A DNA stretch of 35,263 nt from an uncultured Acetatifactor sp. (GTDB lineage Bacteria > Bacillota > Clostridia > Lachnospirales > Lachnospiraceae): contig CAZKGP010000001.1 in NCBI GenBank assembly GCA_964552225.1, positions 1 through 35,263 of the forward strand, read 5' to 3'. Shown piece after piece: positions 18,110-27,646 of the stretch. A model generated the notes under the pieces. That model saw only the letters and a program-made list of their open reading frames with translations. It searched no databases and was not told the DNA's origin. The stretch's first letter is position 1, and every line of letters begins with the position of its first letter. Position numbers and translations under genes: made by a program.

Positions 18110-20161
18110 ATGTGCAATAACAGTAAAAAACATAACCTATTAATTAACGAAAAATCGCCTTATCTCCAACAGCATGCTTACAATCCCATTAATTGGTTTC
18201 CTTGGGGTAATAAAGCCTTTGATAAAGCAAAAAATGAAGATAAGCCCATATTTTTATCTATCGGATATTCCACATGCCATTGGTGTCATGTAATGGCTCA
18301 TGAATCTTTTGAAGATTTGGAGGTAGCAGAACTTTTAAATGAATACTATGTTTGCATCAAGGTGGACCGTGAGGAACGCCCTGATATTGATGCAGTCTAC
18401 ATGTCAGTCTGCCAAGCCATGACTGGTCAGGGTGGTTGGCCCCTAACTATTTTTATGACGCCAGAGCAAACACCTTTCTACTGTGCTACTTATATTCCCA
18501 AATCACCCCAATATCATTCACAGGGAATGCTGCATTTACTGCCTGAAATCCATAAGCTTTGGATGAATCAACGTGATACTCTATTCAAACAAGGGGATGC
18601 TATCATTCATTATCTCAAGCAAAATGAAACTAAGTCTCAAAGTCAAGAACCCTGTATTTCCCTACTGACATCTGCTGCAACCCAATTTAAGCAAGAATTT
18701 GACTCAACTAATGGTGGTTTTCATACAGCACCTAAATTCCCAGCTCCTCATAATCTTCTATTTCTTATGGAGTACGCTTGTTACGAAAAAGATAGTTATG
18801 CACTAAAAATGGCTGTAAAAACCTTAGAACAGATGTATCGTGGTGGCATATTCGACCATATAGGAGGTGGATTTTCCCGTTATTCCACCGACGGAAAGTG
18901 GCTGGTTCCTCACTTTGAAAAAATGTTATATGATAATGCCCTTTTAGCTTATACCTATTTAGAGGCATATCAAATTACAAGAAAAAACATCTATAAAATT
19001 GTGGCAAAAAGAACTTTGGATTACGTATTAAATGAACTTCAGGACACGGAAGGAGGTTTTTACTGTGGTCAAGATGCTGACAGTGACGGTGTAGAAGGTA
19101 AATTTTATATATTTACTCCAGAAGAGATTATTAATTTATTAGGTTTCCAATCGGGAAGTGAATGGAATCAATGGTATCAGATTACTGAAAAAGGAAACTA
19201 TGAAGGAAAAAGCATACCAAATCTTCTGTCCAACCGCGAATTTGAATTATATCCCAATGCTATTTCAGAATGGAATAAACAAGTATATACTTATCGCCTG
19301 TCTCGCACCGCACTTCATAAAGATGATAAGGTTCTGACTTCATGGAATGGTCTTATGATTGCTGCTTTTGCCAAAGCATATTCTGTACTGGGCGAGAACC
19401 AATACTTTGATGCAGCAATAAAAGCACAGCAATTTATTTCCACCAAACTAACGAACGAAAAAGGTCGGCTTATGCTTCGTTGGCGTCATGGTGAAGTGGT
19501 TGGAATGGGGATCTTAGATGACTATGCTTTTTACTGCTTTGGACTCTTAGAATTATACAAATGTAAATTCAATCCTGAATTTCTTAAACTAGCGATACAA
19601 TTAGCATCGGATATTCTCACCTATTTTCATGACAAAGAATCAGGTGGCTATTACCTATATGCCTCTGACAGCGAACAGCTAATCAGCCGCCCTAAAGAAT
19701 TATATGACGGTGCACTTCCTTCAGGTAATGCAATAGCTGCTCAGGTTTTCATGACTCTTTCAGCACTTACTGGTGAGGTTCATTGGAAAGAAATTGGATA
19801 TCAGCAACTTCAATTTTTGGCAGGTAATATTAAGCATTATCCCTCAAGTCATACAGCTTCTTTAATTGCCATGACAAGCCTTTTATATCCAACGTACCAG
19901 TTAGTATGTGTTACGGAGAATGGTTCCATTTCACCTGAGATTCTGACTACATTTCACCATACTCCTTTTAACAAAGTGGATATCCTTATTAAAACACCTG
20001 AAAATGAAAGCGTACTATCAACTATTTGTCCTTTCACAAAAGAGTATCCTATAGAGACTGGAAAGACTGCCTTTTATCTATGTAAGAATCAAACCTGTGC
20101 AAGACCTGTGTACTCGTTAGATGACCTGAAACAGTTATTGCTTCCAGACGAACATTTATAG
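18110..20161 (+). CDS. YyaL/SPATA20-like thioredoxin-domain protein (DUF255 plus alpha/alpha toroid)
   Basis: [45 protein letters not shown] and [11 protein letters not shown] motifs. Confidence 0.93.
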   Translation: MCNNSKKHNLLINEKSPYLQQHAYNPINWFPWGNKAFDKAKNEDKPIFLSIGYSTCHWCHVMAHESFEDLEVAELLNEYYVCIKVDREERPDIDAVYMSVCQAMTGQGGWPLTIFMTPEQTPFYCATYIPKSPQYHSQGMLHLLPEIHKLWMNQRDTLFKQGDAIIHYLKQNETKSQSQEPCISLLTSAATQFKQEFDSTNGGFHTAPKFPAPHNLLFLMEYACYEKDSYALKMAVKTLEQMYRGGIFDHIGGGFSRYSTDGKWLVPHFEKMLYDNALLAYTYLEAYQITRKNIYKIVAKRTLDYVLNELQDTEGGFYCGQDADSDGVEGKFYIFTPEEIINLLGFQSGSEWNQWYQITEKGNYEGKSIPNLLSNREFELYPNAISEWNKQVYTYRLSRTALHKDDKVLTSWNGLMIAAFAKAYSVLGENQYFDAAIKAQQFISTKLTNEKGRLMLRWRHGEVVGMGILDDYAFYCFGLLELYKCKFNPEFLKLAIQLASDILTYFHDKESGGYYLYASDSEQLISRPKELYDGALPSGNAIAAQVFMTLSALTGEVHWKEIGYQQLQFLAGNIKHYPSSHTASLIAMTSLLYPTYQLVCVTENGSISPEILTTFHHTPFNKVDILIKTPENESVLSTICPFTKEYPIETGKTAFYLCKNQTCARPVYSLDDLKQLLLPDEHL

Positions 20162-20170
20162 AATTAAAAG

Positions 20171-20218
20171 AGCAGAAAGGGATTACCGCTGTAGAAGGTG
20201 ATAATCCCTTTCTGCTTT
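20171..20218. terminator. Terminator between convergent genes
   Basis: Perfect 15-bp inverted repeat AGCAGAAAGGGATTA / TAATCCCTTTCTGCT. Confidence 0.8.
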
Positions 20219-20253
20219 ATGAATAAATTTATGGTGTTAATCTATTGGGGCTT

Positions 20254-20655
20254 CTAACGACGATCCCTGTCAAACATTTGTCTTAAAAACAAAAGTCTTA
20301 TAATATCTCTTATATTAAAATCACGAGAACGGCGGCGGTCACGATCTCTGTCTCTATCTCTATCTCTGTCTCTATCTCTGTCCCTATTTCTATCTCTATC
20401 ACGATCTCTGTCCCTATCTCTGCCATCCCAGCCCCAGATACCATCAAATGGCATCTGTTGGGTTGCAATTAACCTCATTTCCTGACCATAAGAATTCTCA
20501 ACATCAAAATTTCTAACATAATCATCAATCATATTATCCCAATTCCTAAGAGACTCTTCTCCAGTCATATTGTTCATCATAATAGTGTCTCTAACTGTTT
20601 TATCAAGCATTGAATATACTTCTGGAAAATTAGCAGCAAATACATATAATTCCAT
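20254..20655 (-). CDS. Hypothetical protein with an (Arg-Asp)n tract, possibly spore-coat associated
   Basis: AAGGAG RBS, 14 RD/RN dipeptides, amphipathic C-terminal helix IRDIIRLLFLRQMF. Confidence 0.75.
   Translation of the reverse strand: MELYVFAANFPEVYSMLDKTVRDTIMMNNMTGEESLRNWDNMIDDYVRNFDVENSYGQEMRLIATQQMPFDGIWGWDGRDRDRDRDRDRNRDRDRDRDRDRDRDRDRRRSRDFNIRDIIRLLFLRQMFDRDRR
20338..20421 (-). repeat. Degenerate hexanucleotide tandem repeat (14 units) encoding RD
   Basis: Units AGAGAT, AGAGAC, AGGGAC, CGTGAT, CGTGAC and one AGAAAT. Confidence 0.95.
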
Positions 20656-20753
20656 TTGTTAATTACTCCTTTTTAATCTATAATATAGCGTAAATGAAAA
20701 AAAGTTCATGTATTATGTCAAATAATTAATCAAATAGAAATACCCTGTGGACG

Positions 20754-20792
20754 AAAAAAGACTCTGCCAACAATACTCGCAGAGTCTTTTTT
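20754..20792 (-). terminator. Intrinsic terminator after the MCP gene
   Basis: AAAAAAGACTCTGC / GCAGAGTCTTTTTT. Confidence 0.85.
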
Positions 20793-20798
20793 ATAAAT

Positions 20799-22157
20799 TT
20801 AATCTGAACTTGCTTGGTTCTTATGGAAATCAATTACTAAATCACTTAATTGATTAGTTTGATCGTTAAGTACATTACTGGTAGCTGCTGTTTCCTCTGC
20901 TACTGCTGAATTACTTTGGATTACATTAGAAATCTGTTCTACACCTTGATTAATTTGATCCATCGCTCCAGCCTGTGCATGAGAAGCATTTGCTATAGTG
21001 TCCATTGTTGTTACCACTACATGAATTTTCTCAGTAAGTTCATTAAGCAATTCCTTTGTTTGGTCAGCAAGTCTCGTACCATTTTCAACTACCGTTATGG
21101 AATTTGCAATTAAACCACTAGTATTTCTAGCAGCCTCGGCACTCTGTTTTGCAAGTTCTCCAATTTCACTTGCAACTACTGCAAAGCCTTTTCCAGCTTC
21201 CCCTGCTCTTGCTGCTTCAATTGAAGCATTTAAGGATAATAGGTTTGTCTGAGAAGCTATAGATTCAATAGTCTTTGTAATCTCTTCTATCTGTTTTGAA
21301 GATTCTGCTATTTCAGTCATGGCATCAACCATTGTTTGCATCTCTTCGTTGGTCATTTTCACGTCTTTTCCGACTTCTTCTACATTACCGCTTGCTTGTT
21401 GAATATCTTTCTCAGATAATTTCACATTGTCTGTGGTCTCATTAATCAATGCAAATAGCTCTTCCACTGCACTTGCCTGATCAGAAGCTCCATCTGCAAG
21501 AGACTGAGAAACGGTTAGGAGGTTTCCTGATGCACTTACAAAATCTTCACACATTTCACTAATGCGTTCTACTAGCGCAGTCTGCTCATTCTGTGTCTTC
21601 TTCAAACTAGAAATATCTTGAACAAGTTCAACATGTCCAATTCTGTTATTCTGTTCATCAAGTAGATAAGAAACATCAACCTTGAAGTCTGCACCTGCTT
21701 GATCGAAGTATGTTTGCTTAATACCTCTGTTAAGGCAATCAAGTCCACAATTTTCTGTATTACAAATTGCTGCGCCCCAATTACTACATGGTTTTCCTAC
21801 AACTTCTTCTCGCTTAATTCCTAGCATTTTCTCTACTGGCCTATTAATAAAGGTCCAATTTCTATTGTTATCGGTAACAGATAGAGGAAACGGAATGGAA
21901 TCCAATATCTCCTCATACCAATGTATTTTTTCATTAACTTGTTTTGCAATAACTTTAAGTTGCTGAACAAGAAAGTATATGTATAGCAAAATAGTAATAA
22001 CTGCATAAATAATTGGTATTATAATTGGTATTATGTTCCATTTTGCTAATAAAAATAATACCAGTCCTAATACATTGATAATTAAAATTGCTGATAATAA
22101 TTTACTCCGTAGTTCGCTAAGTGTTCTTTCCAGGCCTGAATTCTTTTGTTCACTCAT
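20799..22157 (-). CDS. Methyl-accepting chemotaxis protein with a cytoplasmic PAS domain
   Basis: Two N-terminal TMs, PAS ([13 protein letters not shown]...FIN), signalling tip [30 protein letters not shown]. Confidence 0.95.
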   Translation of the reverse strand: MSEQKNSGLERTLSELRSKLLSAILIINVLGLVLFLLAKWNIIPIIIPIIYAVITILLYIYFLVQQLKVIAKQVNEKIHWYEEILDSIPFPLSVTDNNRNWTFINRPVEKMLGIKREEVVGKPCSNWGAAICNTENCGLDCLNRGIKQTYFDQAGADFKVDVSYLLDEQNNRIGHVELVQDISSLKKTQNEQTALVERISEMCEDFVSASGNLLTVSQSLADGASDQASAVEELFALINETTDNVKLSEKDIQQASGNVEEVGKDVKMTNEEMQTMVDAMTEIAESSKQIEEITKTIESIASQTNLLSLNASIEAARAGEAGKGFAVVASEIGELAKQSAEAARNTSGLIANSITVVENGTRLADQTKELLNELTEKIHVVVTTMDTIANASHAQAGAMDQINQGVEQISNVIQSNSAVAEETAATSNVLNDQTNQLSDLVIDFHKNQASSD

Positions 22158-22320
22158 TTCTCATCTTCCTTTCAAGTTTTTTGTCAATTTCAGTTTTTGT
22201 TGTATAAAATTAGATAAGTTAATTATATCACAATTATATAATTTATCAATTATTTTCTTTTTAAAAACCGTTCTTTTTATACTTGAAAACTTTAAATTAT
22301 AACATACCTTTTAAACTTAT

Positions 22321-22355
22321 AAAAAATCCGCAAAGGTTGAAAACCTAAGCGGATT
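22321..22355 (-). terminator. Intrinsic terminator
   Basis: AATCCGC..AGGTT / AACCT..GCGGATT with a T-run on the minus strand. Confidence 0.7.
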
Positions 22356-22365
22356 CTTACAAGTA

Positions 22366-22926
22366 CTATTTCAATGCTAAGCCATCTTTAAATGCATTAC
22401 CAACCTTCTCTCCAACTTTCAAATATGCATTGTTTACTGGGTCGAAAATGATGGGTTCAAATTTAGATGGAGCAATGTTTCCATTATCATCAAGAATACT
22501 CTCATCAGCACTCACATTAATAATCTCACCAACCAAGCGTTCAGATTCTTTATCATAACTTATCAGTTTACATTCTAATGCCATAGGAAGCTCATCAATC
22601 AGAGGTGCATCCAAGAACTCAGATTTTGTAGCATGAAAACCTGCTTTTTCAAACTTATTTGGAACTTTATTTCCAGATTCAAGACCAACATAATCACAAG
22701 CAGTTACATGAGCTGTATCAGCCATACTAACGGTAAATGCACCTTGTGCAAGGATATTCTTAACTGTTTTATGACCTGCACTAAGACACATAGATAATTG
22801 GGTATAATCACTAATTCCTCCCCATGCAGCATTCATTGCATTTGGTGTTCCATCCTCCCCATAAGTGGCTATAATAAATACTGGTTGAGGATAAGTATAC
22901 GCTTTTGCGCCAAAATTCTTTCTCAT
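22366..22926 (-). CDS. Flavin reductase / flavoredoxin family protein
   Basis: YPQPV.IIATY, PNAM.AAWGG, HKT..NI, DYVG..SG and AP.I.E.P..LEC motifs. Confidence 0.9.
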   Translation of the reverse strand: MRKNFGAKAYTYPQPVFIIATYGEDGTPNAMNAAWGGISDYTQLSMCLSAGHKTVKNILAQGAFTVSMADTAHVTACDYVGLESGNKVPNKFEKAGFHATKSEFLDAPLIDELPMALECKLISYDKESERLVGEIINVSADESILDDNGNIAPSKFEPIIFDPVNNAYLKVGEKVGNAFKDGLALK

Positions 22927-22954
22927 TTAAAATACCTCCACTAAATGTTAATAT

Positions 22955-23716
22955 TTATAAGTAATTTTCTATTTTACATTGCTCATAGACAGTTTTCCCT
23001 AAAAGTGTAATTGCTTTCTTTGGACAGTTACTGATACATCTGTAGCACATGGTACATTTTCCTTTATGAACTGCCTTTTGATTGTCTATGTATAAATTTG
23101 CCATTGGGCAAATTTGGGTGCATACTCCACAGCCTACACATTTTATAGTGTCAATTTTCAACTTATTGGAATATCTTTTTGTTTTATAATAAAACCAAAG
23201 TCTTTGACCGAAAAGACCTGCTATATAATAAAGAAACCCAAGTCCCTCTTTTGTAGGATGTCCATTTTTCAATCTGTCGCAAGATATTTGAATCTTTTGT
23301 TGCGATTGCTGTACAAGTGATTTATTTTGTATAACTGTTTTCTTTAATACTTTTTCATCCCCAATACAATCAGGCATTTTTAAATGGAGTCCTCCAATTA
23401 TTTCAGCACCACATTTTGCAAGTAACCTTGCGCCACAACCACTGCCATCTCCACTAAACAATCCCATGGTTGCTATGATAAAAATTTTCTTGTCTTTAAA
23501 AATAGTTTTATTATGCATAATAAAATCATGCATAATTTTAGGTAAGTTACTATAATAAATAGGATATGCGAATACAATAAAATTATTTCTTTGAATTTCT
23601 TTTATAGCATTTTCATCTTCAATTGAAACACATTTTCCTGTTTCATCCATTTCTCTAACAAACAACTCAATACAATGCTTTGTGTTACCAGTTCCACTAA
23701 AATATATCCCAATCAT
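22955..23716 (-). CDS. EFR1 family ferrodoxin (flavodoxin-like domain plus 2x[4Fe-4S])
   Basis: YFSGTGNT, CVGCGVCTQICP and CTMCYRCISNCP motifs. Confidence 0.9.
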   Translation of the reverse strand: MIGIYFSGTGNTKHCIELFVREMDETGKCVSIEDENAIKEIQRNNFIVFAYPIYYSNLPKIMHDFIMHNKTIFKDKKIFIIATMGLFSGDGSGCGARLLAKCGAEIIGGLHLKMPDCIGDEKVLKKTVIQNKSLVQQSQQKIQISCDRLKNGHPTKEGLGFLYYIAGLFGQRLWFYYKTKRYSNKLKIDTIKCVGCGVCTQICPMANLYIDNQKAVHKGKCTMCYRCISNCPKKAITLLGKTVYEQCKIENYL

Positions 23717-23751
23717 ATTTTTATTGTCTCCTGCCTAACTAGGCTGATTAC

Positions 23752-24078
23752 CTACTTTTCCTTCTTACCAATTTTATTGGCTAAAACAATCATTACAATA
23801 CAATCCAGCATTATGAGTACTGTTAAAATATAAGTAAAATAATGCGGTACCTTATCCCATATAAAACACGTCACTAAGAGCAACAACGCAATAATTCCTA
23901 TGCCACCGCCTACAATTTTGCAGAGCTTCTTTTCATCAAATTTATACTTTTCTGCTTCTGATAATGTGTTATATCCTGCAATCATCCAACTTCCTTTTCC
24001 CAAAAGCAATACAATTGCTATAAGAAATAATAATGCAGTAACAACATATACGACTTCTATAGGTCCATTAATTTTCAT
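23752..24078 (-). CDS. DUF3784-like small membrane protein
   Basis: GKG...IAGYNT.S..EK.KFDEKKLC, three TMs. Confidence 0.8.
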   Translation of the reverse strand: MKINGPIEVVYVVTALLFLIAIVLLLGKGSWMIAGYNTLSEAEKYKFDEKKLCKIVGGGIGIIALLLLVTCFIWDKVPHYFTYILTVLIMLDCIVMIVLANKIGKKEK

Positions 24079-24238
24079 AAAGCATCTCTCCTATTTATAG
24101 TTATCATTTAGCAATTACATGTTTGATTGCTATAAATACCAACTGTCAGCATCCAGATCACTAACTGTAATTATATACGGAGAATCATAAGAGAACAAGC
24201 CTGAATTAGATAATTACTTTCATCCAACCAATGTGTAA

Positions 24239-24384
24239 GAAGCAGTCATAATCATTCCAACGAGCCCCGTTAAAAAACGTCGGTACTTGATTTCACCCAG
24301 TCGCAGACGCAGGTGAAATCTTAGTACCGCTACGTTTTTTGCCGAGCGGAAGCGTGGGCTCATTGGAATGGTTATGACTGCTTC
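24239..24384. other. 146-bp GC-rich nested palindrome (MITE/REP-like element or structured RNA)
   Basis: 29-bp outer arms (27/29 complementary) enclose a second long stem, 24272-24297 / 24312-24340. Confidence 0.7.
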
Positions 24385-24413
24385 GCCCCATTCCACTTGG
24401 ATTAAATGAGCCA

Positions 24414-25355
24414 TTAATCTGTAGCCTCAACTTGACACTCCTTAGGCGATTTATCATCTCTAATCCCCTTAAAAACCGGCTGTCTAAAGCTTTCTTTTTC
24501 AGTTGGCATTGACTCTACAATACAGACTAATTCTGGAACCATCCATGTTGCATTCTCATTGCCTTTGGGCACTTGGGCAAAGGGTGGGGAATCAATCAAT
24601 TGATATTTATGCTGATTGAGCAAGCGCATGCTTACCCCTAATGTTACATGTCCTTTATATATTAGTTCATCTTGATTATATTGGCCTAATATTAAGCTTG
24701 TCATATTATTTTCTTTGGGAATATAACCACAGATTACACAGTCGTCTGTGGCCATTATTTTGCACTTTATCCAGTCTTTTGTACGCTTATCAAGTGTATA
24801 TTGACTACCCTTTTTCTTTGCTACAATACCCTCTAAGCCTTTTCCTTTAGCCAGTTCAAATAATTGTATGCCTTCCTTCTCTATAAATCTGGATATACTA
24901 ATTTGCTCATTTTCATTGATAACAGACGCAAGAAGCTCTTTTCGTTCTTCTAAGGATTTTTCAATCACAAGTTCGTTTTTATAATAAAGGATATCATAAG
25001 CCACAAAGGCTGCAGGATATTTCTTGGATGCAATTTTGATTTTAAATGGATCTGTCATCAATGCACGTCTTTGCATTTCATAGAAATCTATTTCCCCATT
25101 TTTCATAATAAATAATTCCCCATCCAGAATACATTTTTCCTTTACTTGTTTATGAATTTCAGATAGTTCAGGTACATGAGGCAGGAGCTTTTTCTCTCTT
25201 TTATTTCTTAATTCTGTTCCGTTTTCATCTAAATAAGCAATACAACGTATACCGTCTAGTTTTATTTCGTAAATATAATCAGGAGAATCAAAGGCATCCC
25301 TTTGTTCTCCTATTAGCATTGGTTTAATTCCCTTTTGTTCGAAAATATCAGTCAT
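24414..25355 (-). CDS. ligD: ATP-dependent DNA ligase, LigD ligase domain only
   Basis: EIKLDGIR, LDGE, FVAYDIL, EGIVAK and WIKCK motifs. OB-fold ending RQPVFKGIRDDK. Overlaps ku by 4 nt. Confidence 0.9.
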   Translation of the reverse strand: MTDIFEQKGIKPMLIGEQRDAFDSPDYIYEIKLDGIRCIAYLDENGTELRNKREKKLLPHVPELSEIHKQVKEKCILDGELFIMKNGEIDFYEMQRRALMTDPFKIKIASKKYPAAFVAYDILYYKNELVIEKSLEERKELLASVINENEQISISRFIEKEGIQLFELAKGKGLEGIVAKKKGSQYTLDKRTKDWIKCKIMATDDCVICGYIPKENNMTSLILGQYNQDELIYKGHVTLGVSMRLLNQHKYQLIDSPPFAQVPKGNENATWMVPELVCIVESMPTEKESFRQPVFKGIRDDKSPKECQVEATD

Positions 25356-26125
25356 AATTTAGTTCCTGTTTTCTTCATTTCAATGGTGCCTTTCAGTGCA
25401 TCCATTAAATCTATAATATTGTCAGGTGCACTACTGTCTACATTAACAATTTCCTGTCCACTAATCTTTTTTTCTATAGCGTCTTTTAACCTTGCTTGAT
25501 ATTCATCATAATAAGCACTAATATCAAACTCTTTTGTCATGGTATCTATCAGGGATTTGGCCATTTCAACTTCTGATTTATCAAGCTGTATTTTTGCTTG
25601 TGATTTGGGAATTTCCTGAATTTCTTTCTGATAAAATAAAGTTTTTTCTATAATGGTATCTTGGGTAGGGTATAAGAAAAGAAGCTGTTCCGTTGTTCCC
25701 ATTACTGTCTTGGCAATAGCTACTTCCTTTTTAGATAGCATGGCTTGGCGGAGTAATTCAAATGCTTTGTCTGCTCCTGCCTCTGGCACTACATAATAAT
25801 TCTTTTCGTAAAATATTGGATCAATATCCTTCATTTTGGCAAAGTGTTCTACATGGATTGTCTTGTCCTTTTTAGTCTTAATCTTTTCCAGTTCTTCCTC
25901 CGTTATAGTTACATATTTACCTTTTTCAAACTCGTATCCTTTGATAATACCGTCGCTTTTTACCTCCTTATCACATGAAGGGCAGTACTTTTTATATTTC
26001 ACACGCTCCTTGCTGTCCTTACATAATTGATTAAAGCTTACACTAATATCTCTTGTTGTCTTATACAATCCGACAGGAATATATAATAACCCTACACTGA
26101 TTGCCGATTTATGTGCTACTGCCAT
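25352..26125 (-). CDS. ku: Ku protein (NHEJ DNA end binding)
   Basis: AIS.GL..IPV.LY, IIKGYE, ID.IFYEK.YY, Y.DEY and IIDLMDAL motifs. Start moved to ATG 26125 after GAGG. Confidence 0.93.
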   Translation of the reverse strand: MAVAHKSAISVGLLYIPVGLYKTTRDISVSFNQLCKDSKERVKYKKYCPSCDKEVKSDGIIKGYEFEKGKYVTITEEELEKIKTKKDKTIHVEHFAKMKDIDPIFYEKNYYVVPEAGADKAFELLRQAMLSKKEVAIAKTVMGTTEQLLFLYPTQDTIIEKTLFYQKEIQEIPKSQAKIQLDKSEVEMAKSLIDTMTKEFDISAYYDEYQARLKDAIEKKISGQEIVNVDSSAPDNIIDLMDALKGTIEMKKTGTKL

Positions 26126-26157
26126 ACCTACATACCTCACTTGTTTTTTATTAATAT

Positions 26158-26898
26158 TTAGAACTTACCAGACGCGCCACCGCCTCCAAAGCTTCCGCCT
26201 CCACCTCCGAAGTTTCCGCCACTACCGCCTAAGCCTCCTCCAAATCCTCTGCCAAAACCGCCACCGAAGCCTCCAAAGCCTCCGTATCTTCTATTTCTAC
26301 CACCAGGATGCCTAAAAAGAGAGAGTAGTATTATAAGAATAATCACTATAATAAAGGGGATACCACTGCTTTTATGAGTTTCTTCAAATGATCCAGGTTC
26401 TTCTAGTTCCTGTATGACCAATTTATATAAATTTAGCAAACCAGTATCAAAATCATCTGTTCCCAATACATCAGATACCTCTCGTATAAAACGGCCAGAC
26501 ATACTATCCGTAATCACCCCTTCCAATCCGTACCCAACCTCAATGCGGACACTTCTATCATCAACGGATAGTAGAATTAGAACACCGTTATTTTCCTTTT
26601 TTGCACCAATTCCCCATTCTCTTGCCATTTCAATAGAGTACTCTTCAATGCTTTCACCACCCAATGATTTGATTGTGGTAACAACCACCTGAGGTCCGCC
26701 TTTATTCTGATATTGTCTGCTCGTATTAAAAATGTAATCTTTTGTCTCCGATGTTAAAATACCAGCATAATCATTCACAAAGAACTGGTTTGAGGGAGGG
26801 GGAATTTTTACTTGGGCTTTTACAGGCAAAATCATAAATAATCCCCAAAATAAGATAAATATAGTACCTCTTATTTTCCGTTTTAAATTGGAGCTCAT
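26158..26898 (-). CDS. TPM-domain (YgcG-like) membrane protein with a Gly-rich tail
   Basis: VNDYAGIL, WGIG....NGVLIL, RIEVGYGLEG...D and GGGGSFGGGGASG motifs. Confidence 0.92.
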   Translation of the reverse strand: MSSNLKRKIRGTIFILFWGLFMILPVKAQVKIPPPSNQFFVNDYAGILTSETKDYIFNTSRQYQNKGGPQVVVTTIKSLGGESIEEYSIEMAREWGIGAKKENNGVLILLSVDDRSVRIEVGYGLEGVITDSMSGRFIREVSDVLGTDDFDTGLLNLYKLVIQELEEPGSFEETHKSSGIPFIIVIILIILLSLFRHPGGRNRRYGGFGGFGGGFGRGFGGGLGGSGGNFGGGGGSFGGGGASGKF

Positions 26899-26914
26899 TC
26901 ATATCACCTCTTCC

Positions 26915-27502
26915 CTATTCAAAATTAACTTCAGGGACATTCTCAGCTCCTTCTTGTGCCTCAAATAAATTATAATTTTGGAATCCAAACATACCAGCTA
27001 TTATATTAGTAGGAAAAGAACGTAGTTTAACATTATATACATTTACTGTTTGGTTATAATCTCTTCTAGCTGTGCTGATTCTATTTTCTGTTCCTTCCAA
27101 TTGATCCTGTAAGGATAAGAAATTTTCATTGGCTTTTAAATCTGGATATGCTTCCGCAATTGCTAGAAGCCTGCCTAGAGCAGATGTAACTTCAGCATCT
27201 GCAGCAATAGTACCTTCTACCGTATTAGCACTCATCATACGTTCTCTTGCCTCAGTTACAGAGCGAAAAACATCGGCCTCATGAGATGCATATGCCTTTA
27301 CTGTTTCCACTAAATTTGGAATTAAATCATTTCTCCGCTGAAGTTGAACCGATATATTTGAAAATTCAGTTTTCACGCTCTCCTCTGTTCTTACCAATCC
27401 ATTATAACTAATTGTGAAAAATCCGATTATAATAGCCAATACTAAAACAAGTCCTAAAATAATTTTTGCAAGACTTCCAAGTCCAGTACTTCTTTCTTTC
27501 AT
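26915..27502 (-). CDS. lemA: LemA family protein
   Basis: YN.LV, QRR.DLIPNLV.TVK.YA.HE, E.YPDLKA, LEGTENRI..ARR.YN and FP motifs. Start at ATG 27502 after GGAGG. Confidence 0.95.
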   Translation of the reverse strand: MKERSTGLGSLAKIILGLVLVLAIIIGFFTISYNGLVRTEESVKTEFSNISVQLQRRNDLIPNLVETVKAYASHEADVFRSVTEARERMMSANTVEGTIAADAEVTSALGRLLAIAEAYPDLKANENFLSLQDQLEGTENRISTARRDYNQTVNVYNVKLRSFPTNIIAGMFGFQNYNLFEAQEGAENVPEVNFE

Positions 27503-27540
27503 GATATCTCCTCCGTCTGACATACATCGCAACTATATAA

Positions 27541-27570
27541 TAATATTCCCTGTATCTACTAAATTTATTA
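27541..27570 (-). promoter_or_regulatory. Possible sigF-like promoter of lemA-TPM-ku-ligD
   Basis: TAATA-N15-GGGAATATTA. The -10 fits GGNRANANTW exactly; the -35 only partly fits GYWTA. Confidence 0.35.
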
Positions 27571-27578
27571 ATATTAAT

Positions 27579-27618
27579 AAAAAAAACATTGCCACTCCTG
27601 TGAAGAGAAGTAGCAATG
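27579..27618 (-). terminator. Intrinsic terminator
   Basis: CATTGC.ACT / AGT.GCAATG stem with 8 T on the minus strand. Confidence 0.75.
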
Positions 27619-27646
27619 CTAACCATACTAATTATTCAATAATTTA

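Noticed and set aside
20338..20421. Possible CRISPR array or phase-variation tract
   Set aside because: There are no spacers. The 6-nt units are in frame and degenerate, so slippage would not switch the gene off.
24220..24414. 64-aa minus-strand ORF overlapping the ligD stop
   Set aside because: It lies across the long palindrome, has no clear RBS and is not protein-like. Most likely a by-product of the GC-rich element.
26170..26300. GC-rich CCG/CCT/CCA repeats
   Set aside because: They encode the usual Gly-rich tail of TPM-domain proteins.
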